Source: Balneola sp. (GTDB lineage: Bacteria > Bacteroidota > Rhodothermia > Balneolales > Balneolaceae). From it: DNA of 64,000 nt. Positions 1 through 9,190 of this stretch are shown piece after piece. The notes under the pieces are model-generated. The model was not told the origin of the DNA and did not search any database. It saw nothing but the letters and a program-made list of their open reading frames with translations. The stretch is from positions 22,516 through 86,515 of the forward strand of contig JAYPBC010000006.1 in NCBI GenBank assembly GCA_038124025.1, written 5' to 3'. The translations under genes and the position numbers were made by a program. Each line of letters opens with the position of its first letter. Within the stretch, counting starts at the first letter, position 1.

Positions 1-1
1 G

Positions 2-1129
2 GCTGCTGCTTCAGACACTTTTGCTGATTATGAGCGACATCTAGACCATAAATTTGAGTGGATGCGGTATAACCAACAATGGGAGCCGTGGTATGGAATG
101 CTTAACTATGGAGACTTCCTGACCTATTACTATCGAAATGAATGGCAAATGTGGACCAATAATGAGCCGGCCAATGACTACATGTGGTGGTTGCAATTTA
201 TACGCACTGGAAATCCAGATTATTATAGAGTGGCTAAAGCTAATTCCAAACACACCATGGACGTTGATAATGTACACTGGCCAAAAGATGCAGCGTATGT
301 TGGAGATACCAATGAATCTCTTCATGCCTTGCAATGGGCTGCTCAGCCAAAAGGATCACCGTATATTGGAATGGGGCGTCGTCATGCCGATCAACACTAC
401 ACTTCGTTATTGAGTGCTCATGTATGGGTGGCTGGCTGGGTCTCATCCTATTACTTAGATGGAAACCATAGAGGCTTAGAAGTCGCTAAAGAAACCGCTA
501 ATTATTATGTAAAACGGGTATTTGATGAGCATGGACTGACAGGTCGAAGGCTTTATTTATCGGTATGGAATTTAGCAGAAGTGGTAGATGCTACCAAAGA
601 TCCCATTTATAAAGCCGAATTAATGGATCGGGTCGAACGAATGATACAGTTTCAATATGACGCGGATCAGGGGCATTCCATCGTCATCAATCGCTATGGG
701 TATTCCCAAGTATATGTGAGTAATGGTATGAGGAAGGTAATCCAAATGACCGACGAGCCAAGATATCGACAATCGATCATCGATCATGCTATTCGAGTAC
801 GGGATGTTCCACCATACAATCATGATATGGAATCGTACCTATCTTCCATTAGTAGCCTAGTACTAGGTTATGAGTATTCAGGAGAGCAGAGCTTATTAGA
901 GGAAGCAATCCAGCGAGCCCAAGTTCTGAAGAATGATCCATTAGAGAAAAATCTCTGGAATTATGCCAATCAAGCAGTTTTATCAGAAGCCTTAGAAGAG
1001 GCTAGTCATTTACCAAAAAGGGAAGGTGGATTTCGTCCAGCTATTTGGCAAATGAGTAATGGATTACGCATTTTTGGTTGGACAAGCATTTATAATATAC
1101 CTTACTTAGAATATTGGTTAGATGATTAA
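2..1129 (+). CDS. C-terminal part of a conserved hypothetical soluble protein, with its 5' end left of the window; possibly a glycan-active enzyme, family not recognised
   Basis: The frame of ORF 62..1129 stays open back to nt 2 (AAASDTFADYERHLDHKFEW precedes the listed Met), so that Met is probably internal. The sequence is rich in W/Y/H/N and has no TM segments. Its stop overlaps the next gene by 8 nt. Confidence 0.5.
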   Translation, partial: AAASDTFADYERHLDHKFEWMRYNQQWEPWYGMLNYGDFLTYYYRNEWQMWTNNEPANDYMWWLQFIRTGNPDYYRVAKANSKHTMDVDNVHWPKDAAYVGDTNESLHALQWAAQPKGSPYIGMGRRHADQHYTSLLSAHVWVAGWVSSYYLDGNHRGLEVAKETANYYVKRVFDEHGLTGRRLYLSVWNLAEVVDATKDPIYKAELMDRVERMIQFQYDADQGHSIVINRYGYSQVYVSNGMRKVIQMTDEPRYRQSIIDHAIRVRDVPPYNHDMESYLSSISSLVLGYEYSGEQSLLEEAIQRAQVLKNDPLEKNLWNYANQAVLSEALEEASHLPKREGGFRPAIWQMSNGLRIFGWTSIYNIPYLEYWLDD

Positions 1130-2714
1130 TAACATTGATTTGGGGCGTTTTGGCATGATCTTGGGCCCTTTAATGCTCATAATGATGCTTTTTTTGTCAC
1201 CACCCGAAGGGCTTAGCCAGGAAGGTTGGTATGCCGCTGCGGTTACTGTTTTTATGGGTATTTGGTGGATTACCGAAGCCGTACCTATTTCAGTCACCGC
1301 TTTACTACCTATTGTACTATTCCCAGTGCTTGGGGTGCAAGCTATAGCGGCTACCACGGCGCCCTATGCCAACCCGTTAATATTTTTATTTTTGGGTGGC
1401 TTCATTCTAGCCATTGCTATGGAAAAATGGGATTTACATCGTAGAGTAGCTCTAGTAATTGTATCTAGGGTTGGTGTGGCACCCAAGTCTATAATCTTAG
1501 GATTTATTGTCGCAGCGGCCCTCCTTAGTATGTGGGTAAGTAACACTGCTACAGCCATAATGATGCTACCTATAGCTCTTTCCATACTCGCATTAATAGA
1601 TAGAGGAATGGAAGATGCTGATCATTCAGTTTCGAATTCAACCAAAGAAAAAACAAATTTTGAACTCGCTCTCATTCTTAGCATTGCTTACGCCTGTAAT
1701 ATTGGGGGAATGGGAACACTAATCGGTACTCCACCCAATGCTCTACTTGCCGCTTTTATGTTGGAGAATTATGGAATTGAAATAGGCTTCTTGGACTGGA
1801 TGAAAGTGGGGGTTCCACTCTTGGTAGTATCTGTCCCTTTGCTCTATTTTGTACTTACCCGATGGATTTACACCATTCGGATTACCGAAATACCTGGTGG
1901 TAAAAAACTGATTGCAAAAGAACTTGATCAGTTGGGGGTGATGACTAATCAAGAAAAGAAAGTGGGTACTCTGTTCGTTTCAGCGGCACTGCTTTGGATG
2001 TTCAGACCAGCTTTGGCTCCCTATTTACCAGGTTTATCGGATGCGGGAATTGCCATTGCTATTGGTGTTGCCTTGTTTTTAGTTCCCGCAGGAAAGCAGC
2101 GCGTGACTACTGATGAAATGGATGAAACGGATTCAAATTCAACTAGCACTAACAGTAGGGATGTTTCGTCGAGCGAAGATGAACAAGGTGGTAATTACAA
2201 GGGAATTTTGGAATGGAAAGACGCGCAGCGCTTACCATGGGGTATCTTGTTATTATTTGGAGGGGGACTGAGTATGGCCTCTGCAATTAGCTCAACAGGT
2301 TTAGCTGCATGGATCGGTAGTGGAATTGGTGGTTTACAAAACTGGCCTATAGTTTTATTAATTGTGATAGTGATAGCCCTTATGGTATTTTTAACTGAAA
2401 TGACCAGTAACACGGCATCAACGGCTACCTTTTTACCCATATTAGCGTCAATAGCCATAGGATTAGGCGAAAACCCCTTACTTTTTGCAATTCCAACGGT
2501 ACTTGCAGCTAGTTGTGCTTTTATGCTTCCTGTCGCAACTCCCCCTAATGCAATTGTTTATGGAAGTGGGCGTATTACTATTCCAGAAATGAGTAGAGCC
2601 GGTCTGTTGCTTAATCTTCTTTTTATCGTTTTACTATCCGTTGGTGCACTTACATTGTTCGGTCTAGTTTTTGGAGTTGAAATAGGTGTGCTACCGGAGT
2701 GGGTTAACTCTTAA
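1122..2714 (+). CDS. SLC13/DASS family Na+-coupled anion (di/tricarboxylate or sulfate) permease
   Basis: 530 aa polytopic membrane protein. Both halves carry the re-entrant hairpin motifs typical of DASS (SNTATA.. and TSNTASTA..). An acidic, Ser-rich central loop is present. Confidence 0.8.
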   Translation: MINNIDLGRFGMILGPLMLIMMLFLSPPEGLSQEGWYAAAVTVFMGIWWITEAVPISVTALLPIVLFPVLGVQAIAATTAPYANPLIFLFLGGFILAIAMEKWDLHRRVALVIVSRVGVAPKSIILGFIVAAALLSMWVSNTATAIMMLPIALSILALIDRGMEDADHSVSNSTKEKTNFELALILSIAYACNIGGMGTLIGTPPNALLAAFMLENYGIEIGFLDWMKVGVPLLVVSVPLLYFVLTRWIYTIRITEIPGGKKLIAKELDQLGVMTNQEKKVGTLFVSAALLWMFRPALAPYLPGLSDAGIAIAIGVALFLVPAGKQRVTTDEMDETDSNSTSTNSRDVSSSEDEQGGNYKGILEWKDAQRLPWGILLLFGGGLSMASAISSTGLAAWIGSGIGGLQNWPIVLLIVIVIALMVFLTEMTSNTASTATFLPILASIAIGLGENPLLFAIPTVLAASCAFMLPVATPPNAIVYGSGRITIPEMSRAGLLLNLLFIVLLSVGALTLFGLVFGVEIGVLPEWVNS

Positions 2715-3435
2715 ATGGCGCAGCTTTGAGGTAGCGATAACTTTCAGGACCTTGTTCGAAGAGTAAATCGATTAGACTGCAGTGTTCGATGAATTCACCA
2801 TGGTGCTGTGGATAGCGTAACCCGGAGTCATAACTAGTTTTGGCTTCAGGAATAGGACTCATGTAGGTTTTTGAAAGGCACTCTTGAATGTAGGTAGCTC
2901 CTGAATTTATACTAGTTTTTTCAGCTATACTCGTTTCCAAATTCTCAAATTGTTTATGTTCAAGTAGTATCTCAGCGTTTTTATAAAGGTTGTAAGGTTC
3001 GGGTAATAGCATAACTTTTTCTAGTAGATAATTCAGGGAAATGAATTCTAGCAATCCGTAAAATACATGCTCGTTAAAATCCCATAATCGTTCCTTTGTT
3101 GCAGCCTCCTTAATCAAGGCATCAAACTCCTTCCAATAGTAATTAAAATAACGTGCCTTGGTATAACTGTGTTGTACCGCATTTAAAAAGACTCCTATCC
3201 AATCTTGCTTAGAATCGATACGAACCTGCGATACTATATTTTTTTTGTCCTCGGTCCGAATAGGCAGCCCAATCCACTGTCGTTGATCTTTATTTCGAAT
3301 AGCCGCGCGATGAGTCCGACCTTTTCGCGACCAAGGTTGTCCACCTAGCATTAGCACTTGATCCACACGAAAGAATGCGGCTAGGTCGTATACATTAGGG
3401 GCAAAGCTACTTTGAATGAGTAATTTTGTGCTCAT
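2704..3435 (-). CDS. WbqC-like family protein
   Basis: 243 aa. The N-terminal pattern (LIQSSFAPNVYDL...HRAAIRNKDQRQWIGLPI...ARYF) resembles the WbqC family (PF08889) as I remember it. Confidence 0.55.
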   Translation of the reverse strand: MSTKLLIQSSFAPNVYDLAAFFRVDQVLMLGGQPWSRKGRTHRAAIRNKDQRQWIGLPIRTEDKKNIVSQVRIDSKQDWIGVFLNAVQHSYTKARYFNYYWKEFDALIKEAATKERLWDFNEHVFYGLLEFISLNYLLEKVMLLPEPYNLYKNAEILLEHKQFENLETSIAEKTSINSGATYIQECLSKTYMSPIPEAKTSYDSGLRYPQHHGEFIEHCSLIDLLFEQGPESYRYLKAAPFKS

Positions 3436-3626
3436 AATTTGGTTACTGGTGGATTCGGATTCACACTAACCCGGGAAGGGAGCTGTATCGGTTATAAAGT
3501 ACATAAAAAAAGCGCTCTCTTGGTGGCAAAAAACGGATAGAGAAACACCCTAAAACCGTCTTGGATTATGCCTTTATCAAAGTGGATTATTCGTATCTTA
3601 GTTTAACTGTTAAATATTTTGAGATT

Positions 3627-5108
3627 ATGAGTGTAAGAGTTCGTTTTGCCCCCTCTCCAACGGGGTTTTTACATATTGGTGGATTACGTACAGCCCTATA
3701 TAATTATCTGTTTGCCCGGCATCATCAAGGTAGTTTTGTGCTTCGGATAGAGGATACCGATCAATCAAGGTATGTTTCCGGCGCTGAGCAAGATATTATT
3801 GAGTCATTAGAATGGGCTGGTATTCAGATCGATGAAGGGCCTCATAAACCTGGGTCTTTTGGCCCATATCGGCAGAGTGAGCGAAAAGAACTCTATCTTA
3901 GCTTTGCGCAACAACTCATTAAGCAGGGTGATGCGTACTATGCCTTTGATACTACAGAAGAAATAGAAGAAATGAGGGAGCGATTGAAGAAGTCGGGAAA
4001 TCCCTCACCAAAGTACGATTCTATTACTCGCCAGAGTATGAAAAATAGCTTAACCCTGCCGCAGGATGAGGTCCAAAAAAAACTAGAAAATGGGGATGAA
4101 TATGTCATTCGCTTAAAAGTCCCACGTCGCGAAACAATTAAATTTGCAGATGAAATTAGAGGGATTGTTTCATTCGACACGGCTGGATTGGACGATCAAG
4201 TGCTTCTTAAATCCGATGGTATGCCCACATATCACTTAGCCAACGTAGTGGATGATCACACCATGGAGATAACTCATGTAATACGTGGGGAAGAATGGCT
4301 TAGTTCAGCGCCTAAGCATATGCTATTGTATAAAGCTTTCGGTTGGGAAGCGCCTACCATGGCCCATTTGCCTCTGATTATGTCACCTAGTGGGGGTAAA
4401 TTATCTAAGCGTAAAGCCGAAAGCGAGGGTATTCCTGTGAATACTAAGGAATACCGATTTGGGCATTATGAACCGGAAGCATTGATCAATTTCTTGGCAT
4501 TTTTAGGCTGGAATCCTGGTGATGATAGTGAAGTACATGATATGAACTCCCTATGTGATAAATTTACTTTGGATCGGGTTAGTAAAGGTGGGGCAGTCTT
4601 TAACTACAAAAAACTCATGTGGTATAATGAATACTACGTACATCATCGCACTATTGACGACTTGCTGCCCCAAGTACAAGACTTGTTTAGTAACAGTGGC
4701 ATTAAAGCCGATGATGGCACTTTTTTAAAGTCAGTACTAGCACTGTTGCATGAACGAGTCTCAAAGGTAGATGAATTTGTTCCTATGGGTCGTTTTTTCT
4801 ACGAAGCGCCAACCGATTATGATGAAAAAGCGTTAAAAAAGTGGAATGATCAAAGCGCTGCACTTGTCCAATCATTTGCAGGCCGCCTAGTTGAAATCAC
4901 AGAACAGGAATTTACGGCGCCCGTCATAAAACAAGGGTTAGAAGCAACGGTTGAGGCCGAATCTGTAGGATTCGGGAAGGTTATGATGCCCGTTAGAATC
5001 GCTTTATCGGGCCAGGGATTTGGCCCAGATTTATTTCCTGCCATGGAGTTAATTGGAAAAACCGAATGTCTTTTGCGCCTCCAAACTGCGGTAGAGCGTT
5101 TAGCTTAA
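3627..5108 (+). CDS. gltX: glutamate--tRNA ligase
   Basis: Class I aaRS motifs: HIGG (SPTGFLHIGGLRTA) and KLSKR. I chose the ATG at 3627 (MSVRVRFAPSPTG), because the TTG at 3561 would add 22 residues not seen in GltX proteins. Confidence 0.95.
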   Translation: MSVRVRFAPSPTGFLHIGGLRTALYNYLFARHHQGSFVLRIEDTDQSRYVSGAEQDIIESLEWAGIQIDEGPHKPGSFGPYRQSERKELYLSFAQQLIKQGDAYYAFDTTEEIEEMRERLKKSGNPSPKYDSITRQSMKNSLTLPQDEVQKKLENGDEYVIRLKVPRRETIKFADEIRGIVSFDTAGLDDQVLLKSDGMPTYHLANVVDDHTMEITHVIRGEEWLSSAPKHMLLYKAFGWEAPTMAHLPLIMSPSGGKLSKRKAESEGIPVNTKEYRFGHYEPEALINFLAFLGWNPGDDSEVHDMNSLCDKFTLDRVSKGGAVFNYKKLMWYNEYYVHHRTIDDLLPQVQDLFSNSGIKADDGTFLKSVLALLHERVSKVDEFVPMGRFFYEAPTDYDEKALKKWNDQSAALVQSFAGRLVEITEQEFTAPVIKQGLEATVEAESVGFGKVMMPVRIALSGQGFGPDLFPAMELIGKTECLLRLQTAVERLA

Positions 5109-6577
5109 CTCGCCTCTGTTTTAGCATCCTTTAGCGTACGTATTTTTATACCCATATAGGCATAAAAAATAGTCATAAAAGGACTAATTAGGTTAAAAAA
5201 TGCGAATGGTAGGTAGGCAAAGGTGGCTACACCTAATACATTTGCATGATATGCTCCACATGTATTCCAAGGGATAAGGGCAGAGGTTACAGTACCTGAA
5301 TCTTCAAGGGTTCGACTCAGGTTTTCTGGGGCTAAGCCTTTCTCCTTATAGGTGTCAGTATACATACGACCTGGCACCACAATCGCTAAATACTGATCAG
5401 ATGCAGTAATATTGAAAAACACACAAGTACCTGCCGTTGACGCAACCAAAGAACCTGTGGAGTTAACAAGGCTTATGATCGATTCTGCTATTCTTTTAAG
5501 CATTCCAGTACCTTCCATCACACCCCCAAATATCATGGCTGACACGATGAGCCACACCGTACCCAGCATACCATACATACCTCCTGAGCTCAATAAATCG
5601 TCTACAATCTCTTGGCCAGTTATTATTTGTATATCACCATAAAATGCTTTCATAATTCCCACATAATAGGCTTCTGCCGATAGGCTCTCGTATTCTGATA
5701 CACTTAAAACCACTTCTGGCTGAAATACAGCTGCAAAAATTCCACCTAATATAGCTCCAAACATTATTGCTGGAATGGCAGGAATTTTGCGAACTATCAT
5801 AAATATGACGGCTATAGGTACAAGGAATAGTACAGGAGAAATGTAGAAACTCCCATTAATTGCCTCAAGGATCTCTTGCGTACTCGCCGTAGTTCCACTA
5901 GAGTCTTGCGTAAGTCCGATAATCAAAAAGATAATCAGTGTGATGGTGATCGAAGGTACAGTAGTATACGCCATATACCTTATATGAGTGAATAGATCGG
6001 AACCAACCATGGCAGGTGCTAAGTTGGTAGTATCGGAGAGTGGAGACATTTTATCACCGAAATAGGCCCCAGAAATAATAGCGCCAGCAACCATCCCCGG
6101 ACTTAGGCCAAGAGCCGTACCAATTCCGATTAGAGCAATCCCAACCGTAGCTGCTGTTGTCCATGAAGATCCAGTGGCCACAGAGACTATGGCGCAAACA
6201 ATAGTGGCAGCAACTAAAAATATGGTAGGGTTTAATACTTGTAATCCATAGTAAATCATGGCAGGTACCACACCACTTAATAACCAAGTTCCCGCTAAGG
6301 AACCAATCAGCAGAAGTATAATAATTGAGGAGAGAGCGGAAGAAATACTCTTTACAATACTGGTACGTATTTTTTTCCATTTATACCCTAAGCGAATAGC
6401 GACTATCGATGCTACTCCTGCAGATAGCATTAAAATGATTTGATTGGATCCATCCAGTGCGGCATCTCCAAAGATTCGAACGTTAATAAATAAGGCGACT
6501 ATTAAAAACAGGATGGGTAATAAAGCTTGTAATATGGTAGGCTTAAGTGGTTTAATGGTCGCTTTGTTATCTGCCAT
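5105..6577 (-). CDS. nhaC: Na+/H+ antiporter, NhaC family
   Basis: 490 aa polytopic membrane protein with NhaC-like conserved stretches (GDKMSPLSDTTNLAP, IPWNTCGAY). Confidence 0.8.
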   Translation of the reverse strand: MADNKATIKPLKPTILQALLPILFLIVALFINVRIFGDAALDGSNQIILMLSAGVASIVAIRLGYKWKKIRTSIVKSISSALSSIIILLLIGSLAGTWLLSGVVPAMIYYGLQVLNPTIFLVAATIVCAIVSVATGSSWTTAATVGIALIGIGTALGLSPGMVAGAIISGAYFGDKMSPLSDTTNLAPAMVGSDLFTHIRYMAYTTVPSITITLIIFLIIGLTQDSSGTTASTQEILEAINGSFYISPVLFLVPIAVIFMIVRKIPAIPAIMFGAILGGIFAAVFQPEVVLSVSEYESLSAEAYYVGIMKAFYGDIQIITGQEIVDDLLSSGGMYGMLGTVWLIVSAMIFGGVMEGTGMLKRIAESIISLVNSTGSLVASTAGTCVFFNITASDQYLAIVVPGRMYTDTYKEKGLAPENLSRTLEDSGTVTSALIPWNTCGAYHANVLGVATFAYLPFAFFNLISPFMTIFYAYMGIKIRTLKDAKTEAS

Positions 6578-6696
6578 AAAAAAAGGGATGATGAATTAAA
6601 TACACGTTATAAAGCTTGAAGATAATGAAACGAGGGTAGTTATTTCAATGCATAACGAAATACTCTATATTAGAAGACATAAAAACAATTTTCCTG

Positions 6697-7257
6697 ATGC
6701 GAACAATACTTTCATTTGTTTTATTTGCCCTTTTATTAAGCCCTTCGCTTGTTCACGCTCAGTTACTACACAATCAAAGTAACACTAATAGCGACAAACC
6801 GGCCTCAGCACATGATCAAATCCAATCTGCCATTGACTCTGGATTTGAGTGGGTAGACCTAGAAGAGGCCCAAAGAATAGCTGCAGAATCCCAAAAAAAA
6901 GTACTGATTTTTGGCTATGCCGAGTGGTGTACCTACTGCCTTAAGATGAGAAAAGAAAGCCTACCCGATTTGTCTGTTGTAGACGCCATTAATCGATATT
7001 TTATCCCTGTTCAGTTGGACGGTGAATCCACAGATCCAGTGGTGTTCAATGGTACGGAGTATACGAAAAATCAGTTGGCTCGTGGCCTGCAACTTCAATC
7101 CTTCCCCACCCATTATTTTGTGGATACCGAAGGTGGGGTGCTGGGGGCACAGCCCGGATACATTGAGCCTGATATTTATGCGCTCCTTTTGCGTTATGTA
7201 GGAAGCGATGCCTTTGAGCGGATTACTTTTGATGAATATATAGAACTAAATATGTAA
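6697..7257 (+). CDS. secreted thioredoxin-fold protein (Thioredoxin_7/DUF255-like) with a CxxC motif
   Basis: Signal peptide (LLLSPSLVHA/Q). WCTYC redox motif in a context resembling KKVLIFGYAEWCxxC. Confidence 0.7.
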   Translation: MRTILSFVLFALLLSPSLVHAQLLHNQSNTNSDKPASAHDQIQSAIDSGFEWVDLEEAQRIAAESQKKVLIFGYAEWCTYCLKMRKESLPDLSVVDAINRYFIPVQLDGESTDPVVFNGTEYTKNQLARGLQLQSFPTHYFVDTEGGVLGAQPGYIEPDIYALLLRYVGSDAFERITFDEYIELNM

Positions 7258-7922
7258 TGCGATTAAGCCAAGCCCTAGAAGACTACCTAAAAGTTATTTA
7301 TGTATTGGAGGCAGATGGTGAGAAAGCAACGACTACTGCAATTGCTCAGGCCTTAGATGTTTCGAATGCTTCGGTGACTAATATGTTAAAGAAACTTGCG
7401 GGGATGAACTTAATCGTTCATGAGTCATACAAGGGTGCAGAATTAAGTCCTGCTGGGAAAAAGGTAGCTCTTGAAATCCTGCGTCATCATCGTTTATTAG
7501 AGTTATACCTAAAAGAGGTTATGGGCTACTCATGGGATGAAGTGCATGATGAGGCTGAAAAACTAGAGCACCATATTTCAGAACAATTTGAGGATCGTAT
7601 TGCAGAATTACTCAATCATCCAACGCACGATCCGCACGGGGATCCTATTCCAACTAAAGATGGCGTTATGCCAGAAAAAGCAACCCTAGCGCTCAATGAG
7701 GCAGATATAAATACCTTGTATATGGTAGGACGGGTTCGTGATCAAAATCCTGAACTACTTCGCTACCTAGAACAGCAGGGCGTGTTGCCAGGAGTTGAGC
7801 TCACAATCATAGAAAAAGCCCCTTTCGACGGTCCAATAAACCTAAAGATTGATGGCGAGCTTATCTCTCTAGGCTTTACAATTGCTCAAAATATCTTTCT
7901 TATTCGACCCAGTCAGCAATAA
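7257..7922 (+). CDS. DtxR/MntR family metal-dependent transcriptional repressor with a C-terminal FeoA/SH3-like domain
   Basis: N-terminal wHTH (EDYLKVIYVLE...). Metal-site and dimerisation helix region (LRHHRLLELYL, HDEAEKLEH). 221 aa, consistent with the long DtxR/IdeR form. The ATG overlaps the upstream stop (TAATG). Confidence 0.85.
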   Translation: MRLSQALEDYLKVIYVLEADGEKATTTAIAQALDVSNASVTNMLKKLAGMNLIVHESYKGAELSPAGKKVALEILRHHRLLELYLKEVMGYSWDEVHDEAEKLEHHISEQFEDRIAELLNHPTHDPHGDPIPTKDGVMPEKATLALNEADINTLYMVGRVRDQNPELLRYLEQQGVLPGVELTIIEKAPFDGPINLKIDGELISLGFTIAQNIFLIRPSQQ

Positions 7923-8994
7923 ACACATTAGTAGACCGGTCGCCTCCATTAAAGCGGTTAGAGGCAAATATAAGCTTAGTTCCGTCATAAGAGAACATCG
8001 GGAAAGAATCGAAGGTATCATCAAAACTCAGCTGCTTTAAGCCGGTCCCGTCTATGTTTATCATAAACAAATTAAAAGGGAAACCTCTGGATGATTTGTG
8101 ATTGGATGCGAACACGATTTTTTCCCCGGATGGATGAAAATAAGGAGCCCAATTTGCGTTGCCTAAATCAGTGATTTGACGTAACCCGGTGCCATCTACA
8201 TTAACTACATAGAGTTCCATATTCGTGGGTTCTACAAGTCCCTGTTCAAGTAAGGAAGTGTATTTTTCAATTTCTTCCTCGGTTTTAGGACGCGAAGAGC
8301 GGAAAACCAATTGCTTGCCATCAGGAGAGAAAAATGCCCCTCCATCATAGCCTAATTCCGAAGTAATTTGGCGGACATTTCCTCCATCGGTATCCATGAT
8401 AAATAATTCTAAATCACCGGTTCTCATGGAGGTGAAGACAATCGATTTACCGTCAGGGGAGAGGGTTGCCTCGGCATCATAACCTGGTTCATAAGTTAAG
8501 GTGTCAATGATTTCACCTTCTAGGTTAGCTGTAAAGATATCATAGCCTTCATAAATCGGCCATACATATGCGCCATTTGGTCCTCGTTCTGGAACAGCAG
8601 GGCAATTAACATCAGCTAAGTGAGTAGAGCCATAAACGATAGTCGTATCGCCAGGTAGAAAAAAAGCACAGGTTGTTCTACCTGTTCCAGTAGAAATCAT
8701 CTTGGGCATGAAGTTTTCGTCCTTTTTAGAGGTGTCCATGTAAAAAATCTGATCACAGCCTACTCCCCACTCAGGATTATTTGATTGGAAAACAATTTTT
8801 TCATCACCAAAACCGAAGTATGCTTCAGCATTATCTGCTCCAAAAGTCAATTGACGTAAATTTCGGATATGTTCTTCATTATCATAACGAAGACTATCCT
8901 GAGCCCTGTTATATGGGGCCTCGGATGGTTCAGGAGAGGAACAAGCATAAAGGCCAACGCCTAATATGATTAAGGAAAGAGTGAATAATCGCAT
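7900..8994 (-). CDS. PD40/TolB-like beta-propeller lipoprotein
   Basis: Lipobox (LYAC/S). Repeated PD40-type motifs (SPDGKSIVFTS, SPDGKQLVFRS, HPSGEKIVFAS, SYDGTKLIFAS). Confidence 0.8.
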   Translation of the reverse strand: MRLFTLSLIILGVGLYACSSPEPSEAPYNRAQDSLRYDNEEHIRNLRQLTFGADNAEAYFGFGDEKIVFQSNNPEWGVGCDQIFYMDTSKKDENFMPKMISTGTGRTTCAFFLPGDTTIVYGSTHLADVNCPAVPERGPNGAYVWPIYEGYDIFTANLEGEIIDTLTYEPGYDAEATLSPDGKSIVFTSMRTGDLELFIMDTDGGNVRQITSELGYDGGAFFSPDGKQLVFRSSRPKTEEEIEKYTSLLEQGLVEPTNMELYVVNVDGTGLRQITDLGNANWAPYFHPSGEKIVFASNHKSSRGFPFNLFMINIDGTGLKQLSFDDTFDSFPMFSYDGTKLIFASNRFNGGDRSTNVFIADWVE

Positions 8995-9190
8995 GAATAG
9001 TACATTTGTTGTTTAACATTACAGACTAAGAAGTCGCTTTCTTGTAAGACCAATGAGTCAATGAAACCAGTCTTCCAATTGGTTTAATTAGTCAATAAAT
9101 TTAACTTGACTAACTGACCTGACAGCGAATGAGCCTATAATATCTCGAAGACATTGTGATTCTTATAAGAGTGTAAAGATAAGAAAAATA

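Noticed and set aside
3561-3626. Longest-ORF start extensions for gltX, and similarly murC 18509-18559, murG 19623-19676, mraY 23478-23495, the DUF6580 gene 46927-46977, the YceI gene 47633-47728 and the DUF360 gene 39177-39233
   Set aside because: The extensions begin at TTG or GTG, or run into the upstream gene or a terminator. They add residues before conserved N-termini or signal peptides. Internal ATGs give canonical proteins and classic start/stop overlaps.
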